64,000 bases of DNA, taken from positions 143,220,001-143,284,000 of the forward strand of contig OX597816.1 in assembly GCA_951406725.2 (NCBI GenBank), in the 5' to 3' direction. The position numbers and the translations under genes are program-made. This DNA is from Octopus vulgaris. Lineage: Eukaryota. The notes beneath the pieces are model-generated. The model searched no databases, had not been told where the DNA came from, and saw nothing but the letters and a program-made list of their open reading frames with translations. Each line of letters starts with the position of its first letter. The first letter of the stretch is position 1. Shown one piece after another: positions 53,210 to 64,000 of the stretch.

Positions 53210-53301
53210 TACACGCACACACACACACACATATATACAAAAATATATACAGACAGACATATATACATACACATACATATATATATACATGTGTGTATAT
53301 G

Positions 53302-53387
<86 letters not shown>

Positions 53388-53480
53388 TGTATGTATGTAT
53401 GTATGTATGTATGAATATGCACATACATATAAGTATATGTACGTGTGTGTGTGTGTTTGTGTATATATACGCATACATAC
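53210..53480. repeat. Compound (CA)/(TA)n/(TATG)n microsatellite
   Basis: Directly visible; source of several spurious ORFs. Confidence 0.95.
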
Positions 53481-53967
53481 ATTATGTGGCCGATATTTTT
53501 AACCGAGACTTTACAATCGTATCTGATTTTTTAAGTGCTTCAATTCTGTGTATGTACAAGAATTTACTAGATTGCTGATATTTATTAACAATTTTTGCCC
53601 CATTGCGGTGATGTGCCGTTTTCTATCATTAATAAAACTGCTGGCATTTTTGACAACAGGGATATGCTAGTAGTAATAATAAAACTTTTCAGATAGATTA
53701 ATTCAACCAAAAGGAGCAATGGCGTGGTGGTGTGGCGGTGTTGGCAGCGACGAAGACGACAACGATGACATGATAGCAGTTGAGTAGCGTTTTAGACATG
53801 AAAACATTCCTAACAGAATGGAAATTGTTCCATCAATCTTGCCTGAAGTGCAGTTCTTATAACTAAGTTCTTCCCTAGAAGTTTTGAGTCTGATCTCTTC
53901 TGTTCAACTTAAATTGCAACATTGAACTTACGTTGAGGTAACCACAGCAACGATTTGATAGGAATAT

Positions 53968-54400
53968 TTACAACCAGCAGAAACCTGATACAATACTCTG
54001 GAAAGGGAATTGCTTGTAGTCTATCTCGACGGGAAGCATTTCTATCACATGTTGGAGGCTTATGTTTTCGCCATTTACACAGATCATAAGTCTCTATAAT
54101 TCGCTCTGAAGCCCAAATCTGATTGCCTGGCACGAAAAGTAATTTGCCACTTCGAAATCTTTCAGTATACGACTGACATACCAGGACACTTCAATAATGC
54201 AGCAACAGATACACTCTTGCATACTCACGAAAACGCACTGCATACTCCTGCCTTCGTCAATTTTGACCAGATAGGAGCTGATCAAGAGAATGACGAAGAG
54301 TCCTCCTAACTACGAAAGTCGCCACTTTTGACATTCCAGCAAGTGTCACACCATCTTCAGCTAGATATATTTAGTGAGATGTCTTTACCAGTTAAGAATG
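53968..54400 (+). mobile_element. Ty3/Gypsy pol remnant (RNase H region)
   Basis: Translates to LQPAET*YNTLERELLVVYLDGKHFYHMLEAYVFAIYTDHKSL, matching the Gypsy RNase H YST..RELLA...TDHKPL pattern. Confidence 0.8.
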
Positions 54401-54450
54401 CGTCGAGAAACCGGACACGCAAGGGCAATCCCATAAACCAGCCTTATGCC

Positions 54451-54506
<56 letters not shown>

Positions 54507-54515
54507 ATATCTATC

Positions 54516-54560
<45 letters not shown>

Positions 54561-54709
54561 GAACAAACTTACTTAGAAATGGATGCGTGCGTTCTGTCAT
54601 ATAATAACAAATTAATAAATAAAACATATGCATATATACATACATATATGTACGTACCTACATCTACATGTATATATACATGCATATATGGGTATAGGAC
54701 ACAAAAAAA

Positions 54710-54945
54710 CGTCGAACACAATGAGAAACGAAAACATAAACACAAAACCAAGGAAATGGACATTTTTCTTAAACAACGAAAAAATAGAGTACAGGACATA
54801 CAACACAAGGAAAATTCCCCTGCTTCAGTCGCCTCTGTCCTTAGTTTTGTGTTTCCTTGGTTTTGTGTTTATGTTTTCGTTTCTCATTTTGTTCGACGGT
54901 ATTAGCAGAAAGGCTGAACTGAGTTCAGCCTTTCTGCTAATACCG
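54710..54945. repeat. 47-bp inverted repeat joined to a perfect 24-bp-arm palindrome
   Basis: 54710-54756 pairs with 54852-54898 (1 mismatch); CGGTATTAGCAGAAAGGCTGAACT-G-AGTTCAGCCTTTCTGCTAATACCG at 54897-54945. Confidence 0.9.
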
Positions 54946-55200
54946 ACAGGTCAGTAAAAACATACTTAAAATATTCTGAGATGTATAAAAAATCCATTTT
55001 AATTTTTGCTGTCAAAAGGCTGTATATATATACCAAAGATTGTATATATATACATGTAATGTGACAATTTGCGACAACCAATAATTAACGCAACCAATTC
55101 CCAATAATATATTTGTTTTATCCTTTTCTGCCAAATTTTCCCAAATATTCTCATCACACTATTGAACTTCTCTGTTACCAAACACTATATTTATACATGT

Positions 55201-55343
55201 AATGTGACAATTATGTATAAAAAAACATTTTTGAATTCATAATATCCAATGTGACAATTATGTAAAAAAACTTTTTTGAATGCATAATATTCAATGTGAC
55301 AATTATGTAAAAAAACTTTTTTTGAACCCATATTATTCAATGT
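55201..55343. repeat. Minisatellite, ~3 copies of a 45-47-bp unit
   Basis: Units starting AATGTGACAATTATGTA at 55201, 55248 and 55293. Confidence 0.85.
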
Positions 55344-55436
55344 TTCCTTAAATGTAACTTTTGACAATCTTTTACCAAAGAGTGAAACCGGTTAAGTAAA
55401 TAAACATCGTTTAAATTGCATTTTCAAACCTTTTTT

Positions 55437-55470
<34 letters not shown>

Positions 55471-55472
<2 letters not shown>

Positions 55473-56408
55473 CCAGGATGTCCACAGAAAGCCTCACATT
55501 CCTCGTTGTGACCGAAAACGCACACCTCTCTTCTTAACAGCACTTAAAAGATCGATTGAGTCGAACCCATCAAAATCGATGGCGAAGTTGGCTCAAGATC
55601 GAGGAATTAGTCAAATGACCGTTTCTACGTGAGGAAACATCGTAACATCCTAACTACCCGCTCCAAAGCCATACTACCTGAAAGAAGTCCCAAACTTCTT
55701 AGTTATCTGAAATATCGTGGCGGAGACGTCCGCATCTTTGTGGATCAAAAGAAGTTGCAAGCCGTCAAAACCCACGAGGGATGGCATACGATCCTTCCCG
55801 AGTTCCTTCATCTATGGATAGCAAGAATCCGGTTTCCCTTATGGTCTTTGGATCTGTTGCAAAGTGATGAGAAATTGATGCCACCTCATTTTATTGAAGC
55901 GGGTCTTAAAATGAACACAGCAGAGTATCTCAAAATCTTAAAAGTTTTGCTGCATTGGATTAGGAAGCGTTATGATGCAAGTCGAGTCATGTTTGTACAG
56001 GACTCTGCACCTGTCCATTCTTCGAAAAGAGTGCAAGAATTTTTGAAGAAGGAATTGCCCATCTTTGTCCCTAAAGATATCTGGCCCTCTAGCTTACCAG
56101 ATTTGAATCCGTGTGATTGTTGGCTATGGGGCACAACTGAAGCAATACCCAACACAACTGTGTGTCTTCACTAAAAGCTTCGATCAAGTGAGCATTCGGT
56201 AAAATGACGAAAGAAGAAATAGTTAAGGCATGCGCATGATTTCGTAAATGGATTGAACTGGTAAAGAAAGCAAATGGCGGTTACATTGAACTGAAATAGG
56301 TGCTAGGCACTCCTCAATAAATTGGTATAAGCATAAAATTTGTACTGTTTTATTTTTCCGAGTTATACCAATTATAATAAAAATAATTAAATGGTCCCAA
56401 TTTACCTG
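55471..56408 (+). mobile_element. DD37D (maT) Tc1/mariner transposon, 5'-truncated and frameshifted
   Basis: QDSAPVH...WPSSLPDLNPCD has exactly 37 residues between the second and third catalytic D. 3' end ...TGGTCCCAATTTACCTG|TA. Confidence 0.88.
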
Positions 56409-56409
56409 T

Positions 56410-56807
56410 ATATGTTTGTGTGTGCACGCGCGCGTGTGTATGTATGTATGTATGTATGTATGTATGTATGTATGTATGTATGTATGTATATGTGTATGAA
56501 TGTGTTTGTGTCTGTGTTGTCCCCCGAAACCGTTTGACAACCGGTGCTGGTGTGTTTACGTCTGCGTAACTTAGCAGTTCGGTAAAAGAGCCCGATAGAA
56601 TAAGTACCAGATTTACCAAAAAATAAAAAAAAAAATACTGGGGATCGATTCATTTGACCTCAGTCTAATGACGGAAACAAGTAAAAGACAAGAGAACAAA
56701 GTGTAAGTGTCTTCTACTATAGCCTCGGGCCGACCAAAGCCTTCTGAGTGGATTTGGTAGACGGAAACTGAAAGAAGCCTGTCGTATATATGTATATATA
56801 TTGTTTG

Positions 56808-56879
<72 letters not shown>

Positions 56880-57100
56880 CGTGCGTGTATGTTTGTGTGT
56901 CTGTGTTTGTCCCCCTAGCATTGCTTGACAACCGATGCTGGTGTGTTTATGTCCCCGTCACTTAGCGGTTCGGCAAAAGAGACCGATAGAATAAGTACCG
57001 GGCTTACAAAGAAAAAGTCCCGGGGTCGAGTTGCTCGATTAAAGGCGGTGCCCCAGCATGGTCGCAGTTAAATGACTGAAACAAAAGAGTAAAAGAGTAT
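56410..57100 (+). mobile_element. Two adjacent SINE copies with internal microsatellites
   Basis: Repeated GACAACCG..GCTGGTGTGTTTA...GATAGAATAAGTACC; tail GGCGGTGCCCCAGCATGGTCGCAG...GACTGAAAC. Confidence 0.85.
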
Positions 57101-58250
57101 ATATATATATATATACACACACACACATATATATATACATACAAGCATGCGTTCATGCATATATACGTACATAATATGTAACATAAGTGCTTCTTTTATA
57201 ATTTCATTCGCAATGCCTTATGTTAAATGTATACAAGCGCATGCACACTCACGAACACACACACGAAGACACATGAACACACACGCACACATTTCGGTCT
57301 TGGCGTACATCCTTTTTTTATGGCGCATACACATACAATTCGTTAGAGCTCTAAATGTGGGCAACTTTTGAAGATAATAACAGGATGATATTTCGCGCGA
57401 AAGTGTCGTAAATTTACGTGCAGGCAAACTCAAGTTGTACGTGTGTGCGTAAAACACTTTTAGTATGAAAACAGAAAGGATGAAGCTGGGTAGGTGAGCT
57501 GGATGACAGGAGTTTACATTACTATTTGCTTTAATGCAAAACACTGAGTTTAGTACACTCGCACGCACTATATACATACATGTATGCATGCACGCACGCG
57601 CGCGCACACACTCACACATACATACATACATACATACATACATACATACATACATACATACATACATACATACATACATACATACATACATACATACATA
57701 CATACATACATACATACGTATTACCCGTCATATGGCGGGTGACTTTGGAAATATATTTTTGCCATTACGGGTAATAACAAGAAATATGTGATATTTATCA
57801 ATTATAGCTTATCTTTTATCAAATTTCATGGTGCTTACATAAAATGATGAACTGAATACTACTTTTCAGAAGAAAAATATTTACTATCTTTAAATAAAAT
57901 ACAAGAAAATAAAATTTTCATTTGTACGTATGCAATAAATATGTTATTTTTCTACGTTTTATCAGTACAATCATTATCTACTTTGTCCAACACCTGCCCC
58001 TGCAAAATTTCATGTAAAAAAAAAATGTGTAGTTTTAAGACTCATTCTGCACTTCTTATGTTAACTTTCTTCGTTTCTCTTTTTACTCTTGTCTTTTTTC
58101 TATACGATGCGACTGGATAAATCAACCAACCAACGTTCATACATACAATATATGGTTAATTGGTTTATCCAGTCACATAGAGGAAAATATGTAATGACCA
58201 TTATCCATAATTGTCTGGTGTCCGTGTGTGTGTATGTGTGTTCTATCTTT

Positions 58251-59491
58251 GGATCTTTTCTATTCTGAAGCCAGGACCACAGATCTTTCTACTTAACTAA
58301 ATAATCTGAAACTTCGTATGCTGATAGAGTCTAGCAAAACAAGACACAGGTTGGAACTAGTTTATTTGAGAAAAATCTATTTTATGACTTTAATCGTAGA
58401 TTAAAACTGCGAATTTTAACCAATCAGATTGTTTGTTTTCATGTGTAAAACTTGACTGCATTCTATTAGTGTGACGTAGAAAGCGCTTTTGTGACGTACT
58501 AACGTTCGGAAAACTGTAAACAAACACGGCAGACGAAATACGGCTACGCATTTCGCCCGGCGTGCTAACGTTTCTGCCAGCTCTTTGCTTTTTTAATATT
58601 AAATTTCGGCGAAGTTTCGCTTGTCGTAGCACAAGTTTTCCGTCGATTTCCGTAAAAAAACTTTTATTTTTTACATAAGTAATGAGAGCGAAAGAGACTA
58701 AGAGGAAGCGATTTTATGACGAGGGAAGTTTGTCTTTGAAGTTACCGTCTAGGGGAAGCATTGATGTACATGTGTGTGTGTGTGTGTGTGTGTGTTTGAT
58801 GGGGTGTGGGAGACAGTATGTTGTGTAAGTGAAGTGCTTCTGTTAGTGTGTGTGTGTGTGTGTTTGATGGGGTGTGGGAGACAGTATGTTGTGTAAGTGA
58901 AGTGCTTCTGTTAGTGTGTGTGAAGAGACAGAGAGAGTAATGTGTGAAAGAGAGAGATAACTGAAATTTTTTACTCGGTGTATGTGTATATGTATGTCTG
59001 CATGTATGTGTGTGTGTGTATGTATCTATGTATGTATGGCCAATTCATCGTAATTACGATTACGATGAATCGGCTATACATACATACACACACACACATA
59101 CATACACACACACACATACTTACACATACATACACACACACATACATGCAGACATACAGAATGGAAACATTTTCAATTTAATACATGTGGCTTATTAACT
59201 AGTTTTAAATATTGTTATTAGAAGGTGGCTGACTTGTTTACATTTAAGATGTTAAATACGTCACGAAATTGGTGGTCGAGACGGAGTAAATAAAATAAAG
59301 CCGAATGACGGAATATCATTGGTTAAAATTCTAATTATTAAACAACGTTAAACTTAGAAGTTACAATTCCGTTTTCATTCTGGTTTACAATTAAGTTTAC
59401 TTTTGACACATTCTACCAGTATACGAAGTTTCAAATTGTTTGGTTCAGTAGGAAAAATTTGAAAAAACTGGCCTCAAAATAGAAAAGATCC
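58251..59491. mobile_element. GGATC-terminal TIR element with 8-bp TSD and secondary insertions
   Basis: CTATCTTT|GGATCTTTTCTATTCTGAAGCCAG ... CTGGCCTCAAAATAGAAAAGATCC|CTATCTTT. Confidence 0.85.
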
Positions 59492-59829
59492 CTATCTTTT
59501 GCTTGTTTCAGTCAATAGACTGCAGCTATGCTAGGGAATCACCTTAAAGAATTTTTAGTCGAATGAATCGATCGCAGCCCGTTTTTAAAGCCTGGTACAG
59601 TCTATCGACTGCTTTAGCTGAACCGCTATGTTACGGGGGCGTAAACACACCAATGTCGATTGTCAAGCGATGGGTGGGGACAAACACAGACACAAAGACA
59701 CACACACATATACAGATATATATATATACATATATATACGACGGGCTTCCAGTCAGTTGAGATGAGAAGCCATGAAAGCCACTGCCTGGTACTTCATCAG
59801 GGCAATATTATTATTGTTGTTGCTGTTTT

Positions 59830-60719
59830 GGATCTTTACCTTTTGACCTACAGATTTAAAAAGTAATTTTTTGTAACTAAACACTTTCAAACTTCGAACA
59901 CTGGTAGAATGTGTCATATAAAACATCTTTTACTCTTAGCATTTTTGAGAAAAACTTATATTTACGAAGTAATTTCACGTTAAAGTAGCCCTATTTCGGT
60001 AATTTCAACCAATCAATGACGTGTATTCAGCTGAATAAAATTACTGCTGTCGTTTGTCAACAAGAACTTCCGGTGGTGCATTTTTTGTTTGTCACTGTTA
60101 TTTATGACAACCCCAACCCTGACCCTGAAACCCTAAAACCCTAACCATAGGGTTAGGGTTAGGGTTAAAGCTAAAACCAGTACAAACGCACGACGATGTC
60201 ATAAATAACAGTGACAAACGAAAAATACACCGCCGATAGTTTTGTTGACAAACATCGACAGTAATTTTATTCAGCTGAATACATGTCATTGAATGGTTGA
60301 AATTACCGAAATACGAGAACTTTAACGTGAAATCACTTCGTAAATATAACTTTTTCTCAAAAATGCTAAGAGTAAAACATGTTTTATATGACATTCTACC
60401 AGTGTCCGAAGTTTGAAAGTGTTTAGTTAAAAAAAACATTTTTTTAAATCTGTAGGTCAAAAGGTAGATCTTTTCGCTTTGACCGGCAGATTTTTATAAT
60501 AATTTCTTTGTAACTAAACACTTTTAAACTTCGTATACTGGTAGAATGTGTTACATAAAACATCTTTTTCTCTTGGCTTTCTTGAGAAAATTCTGTAGTT
60601 TGTAAGTTATTTCTTGTTAATTTCTTGCATTTCGGCAATTTCAACCAATCAATGACATCTATTGAGGTGAATACAATTTCTCCGGATCAAAGCGAAAAGA
60701 TCCCAAAAGGTAAAGATCC
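59830..60719. mobile_element. GGATC-terminal TIR element (same family as 11443-12303) with telomeric core
   Basis: GCTGTTTT|GGATC...GATCC|GTTGTTTT (7/8 TSD match); ~280-bp TIRs; CCCTAA-type then TTAGGG repeats at ~60111-60167. Confidence 0.88.
60466..60703. mobile_element. 238-bp related element nested in the right TIR of the 59830 element
   Basis: CAAAAGGT|AGATCTTTTCGCTTTGA...TCAAAGCGAAAAGATCC|CAAAAGGT. Confidence 0.85.
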
Positions 60720-61375
60720 GTTGTTTTTTTCTTCTTTCTGCAAATTTTCTTCCATTTCTCGCCGAGTGTTTTCCGTACACCAGGGCAGAGATTCCCAGAT
60801 TACACACGCAAATTCACAGGTAAAATATGTATTTAAAAAAATTAATAAACAAATAAATTCATGAATGGATGTTGTTTTGACAGCAATAATGCTCTTCTCA
60901 GTACATGAGTCGTTCCAGTTAACACGATTTTTTGCACTTCCTGTGGGGATGGTAAGCCTGGTATCATTTTCAAATAGGTTTCAGTACCTTTTTTTTTTTT
61001 TTTTTTTATCATTCCTAGAGATCCTACAATCACTGTTACTGTAGTCGTCTTGAGATGCCACATTTTTTTTCAATTTCTATTAGCAAGTCTTTATATTTAC
61101 TGATCTTGTCAAATTCTTTCGCCGCTATATTGTGATCGCAAGGAATACTCATGTCAATTAATAAACACACCTTTTTTGTCTGATCTTTCATAGTAATATC
61201 CAGTTTATTAGCTTTTATAGTTTTGTAGGTATGTACGGGTAAGTCCCAGAGAATCGACACAATTTCTCCCTCAGTCACAGCTTCAGGATGGTGTTTATAC
61301 CATTTGTCAGCGGTTTTGATTTTATAATGCCGACATATTGTCCAATGTAAATACTGACCGACTCTGTCATGTCTT

Positions 61376-61376
<1 letters not shown>
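60720..61376 (-). mobile_element. 5'-truncated R4/Dong-like non-LTR retrotransposon (restriction-like endonuclease domain and 3' UTR)
   Basis: ILWDLPVHT...NKLDI...LLIDMSIP...KEFDKISKYKDLLIEIEK, then WHLKTTTVTVIVGSLG...QKIVLTGTTHVLRRAL. Bounded by (TAA)n on the minus strand. Confidence 0.85.

Positions 61377-61425
<49 letters not shown>
61377..61425. repeat. (ATT)n microsatellite
   Basis: Directly visible. Confidence 0.97.
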
Positions 61426-61450
61426 GGGTAAGAGAGCAGTATGTATGTGC

Positions 61451-61509
<59 letters not shown>

Positions 61510-62379
61510 GAGAATTCACGAAAAAAACAAAAGACGAAGACAGGTGGTGTAGAAAACAAACAGATGTATTAGTATAACGCTCAGGAATTGAAAAAGTCTT
61601 TTACGTTATATATATGATGGTGTGTACTCTATTGTTTACTGATGAGTGTGGGGAAAGAAGTGGGAGAATAAACGAGAGGGAGGGAGAGAGAGTGACGACA
61701 GAGAGAGTTTTAAAAAATCGTCTGAATATTCCAACTGAACTATAAAATCAAAGGAGTTGCTTATCCAACTGTTTCGACCTTAATGTAAATGAGCTTATAT
61801 ACAAGGGAAATAAGTTACTGCATGGTTGTCTTTTATAATTCTTGTTCCAGATAAGCTATCGTCTTGGGTGGCCATCAATCTGTTCACAAGAGATAAATAC
61901 ATTTGAAGAAATATAAAAAGAAAACAATAACAAATGTATTTAATAGATGTACGTATGAAAGATCTTCTTGTCTAGTGATATAAGGCTACTTCATTAATCC
62001 ATCATATTATAATAATAATGGCTTTAAATTTTGGCACAATGCCAGTAAGTTCGGAGGAGGGGTAAATAGATTACACTGAACTCAGTGATCAACTGATATT
62101 TATTTTATCGACCTCGAAAGTATCAAAGGCAAAGTTGACCTCGGCGGAATTTGAAGTCAGAACACGAAGACGGATGCAATACCGCTAAGCATTTTGCCCA
62201 ACATGCTAATGATTCTACCATCTCGCCAATAACGGCTTTTGATTTTGTCAGAAAGGCAGCAGAGTGGGGGAGTGAGGATTAGTCGATACCGTCGACCCTA
62301 GTACTTGACTGCTACTTGTTATTTTAGTCTTTTCTATTCTAGGCACAAGTCCCGAAATTTGGGGGGGGGGGGCAGTTGA

Positions 62380-62712
62380 TTAGATCGACTCCAGTACCCA
62401 ACTAGTATTTAATTTATTGACCCCGAAAGAATGAAAGGCAAAGTCGACCTCGGTGGAATTTGAACTCAGAACGTAAAAACAGACGAAATGCCTATTTCTT
62501 TACTACCCACAAGGGGCTAAACACAGAGGGGACAAACAGATTGAGTCGATTATATCGACCCCAGTGCTTAACTGGTACTTATTTAATCGACCCCGAAAAG
62601 ATGAAAGGCAAAGTCGACCTCGGCGGAATTTGAACTCAGAACGTAGCGGCAGACGAAATACGGCTACGCATTTCGCCCGGTTTGCTAACGTTTCTGCCAG
62701 CTCGCCGCCTTG
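62380..62712 (-). mobile_element. tRNA-derived SINE with tandem body units
   Basis: Reverse complement of the 39379 family, with two GAAAGGCAAAGTCGACCTCGG...TTGAACTCAGAACGTA units. Confidence 0.85.
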
Positions 62713-64000
62713 ACTTGTTATTTTATTGACACCGAAAGGAAGAGAGCGAAGTTAACCTCAACCAGAATTGAATGTTACATTCAGAGTTGAAATCCCGCCA
62801 AGGTCAGCTTTGCATTCCATTCTTTCAGTGTTGATAAAATCGAAGAAAGTCAAATACAAGGTTCGATGCTGTCAACCAACAGCCTCCAAGTTTCTACCTT
62901 CAAACTTATGAATTAACTTATGAATTTGCTTTCTCAGGTCACTATCAGTTTTCTCTGGTTCTAGAGCCTTTCTGAAATCTTTGCCTGTCTATTTATGTAT
63001 GTCTTTTTGTCAATACAAAGGGCACGCAAGCATACACACATATATCTATGTTTGGGAAATGTATGTATGTATGTAGGAAGGAGAATAAATTTGTATGTTA
63101 TGATTTTTTCCAAGAACATTAACTGTATTAGAATTCAAACAGGCATCGAAACCAAGTCGTGGAATCGTCCCGCCTAAAATACTAACTTTAATGAGGATTA
63201 CTAAGAAACGCGATGTGACTTTTGTGCATTTCACAAGAACATTAGTAGCTTACAAAAGCAAAAACAGAGGAAAGTTTCATTTTTGCCTCTTGTTTTTTGT
63301 CGTTCACTTGTCCAATTTCTCAATTCCTTAAATCAGCATTAGGCCATCGATTTACTTTCATTATTTAATACTTTCGGAAAATAGGCGTGCCTACGAAACC
63401 TACGTGGTCGCCCTTAATAGTTATGAGTAAAATCGAGGGATAAATATAAATGGACGACTAAGTTTTCTTTAAAAAGTACTTCATGAAATAGCTTTTATAC
63501 AACCTGAAAACATGTCAGAAACATTTTATCGAAGGTTTGAGGCCCAAAAAAAATCGATATCACTCTAACTTTAATTAACTGTAATCAACCATGTGCATTT
63601 GCAGTCAAATGTGTTCTACAGCTGTTTTTCGTGCAATAAACCAGCTGACATGAAAATACTAGGAAAAGGCAGTTTAAGTGAGCAAAAAAGTGAAAATACT
63701 GGTGATTACTAAATTTTCTGAAGATATTCTCAACAAACTTCAATTGAAAGTAGAAAAGACTAATGGATTGCTTATAAAGTGTGAAAAACAGAGAAGAGAG
63801 ACTTTATTGAGTAGCAGTTTCTGTTTGCCTGTTCATGGGTGATTAAAACTTTCCATTTATATTTTTATTCGAAACTAATGTTACTTATCCCATAGTTCTT
63901 ACCACTACGCCGGTGAAAATCGAAATAAAATACGTAAAGCAACAGTCATCAAATGCAAAAGCCAAAGATCTGTTTATTGCTTAAATATCACTTGCAATAT

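Noticed and set aside
53112-53578. Long ORFs rich in YI/HT/CV/MY repeats (also 19713-20015, 56223-56931, 57218-57791, 61275-61559)
   Set aside because: They are translations of (TA)n, (CA)n, (TACA)n and (ATT)n microsatellites, not genes.
57719-57776. Short inverted repeat TATTACCCGT...ACGGGTAATA (similar small one at ~58107-58178)
   Set aside because: Arms are too short and no TSD was verified. Probably tiny MITE debris.

Overview
This is AT-rich, repeat-dense eukaryotic DNA. The SINE families, LINE types and microsatellite load point to a coleoid cephalopod (Octopus-like); that is inferred from recognising the repeats, not tested. No prokaryotic genes, rRNA or CRISPR arrays are seen. The ORF track misses the one host gene I can support: a minus-strand spliced gene with five in-phase GT-AG exons (32624-32654, 17157-17189, 15130-15252, 13610-13748, 10370-10500). 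They encode 152 aa: a signal-peptide-like N-terminus, a short two-Cys segment and a complete 8-Cys WSC domain. The gene continues in phase 1 towards or beyond the window start. Its body (about 1-32 kb) looks CpG-depleted relative to the upstream half. The rest is decayed mobile DNA: mariner, Tc1, DD37D/maT, hAT-Buster, a piggyBac MITE, Helitrons, CR1/L2-like, RTE and R4/Dong LINEs, a Gypsy RNase H remnant and several SINE families. Five GG-terminal TIR elements with 8-bp target-site duplications (Merlin-like) are also present, two of them carrying telomeric (TTAGGG)n cores. All coordinates were read by eye; ends of decayed repeats are approximate.
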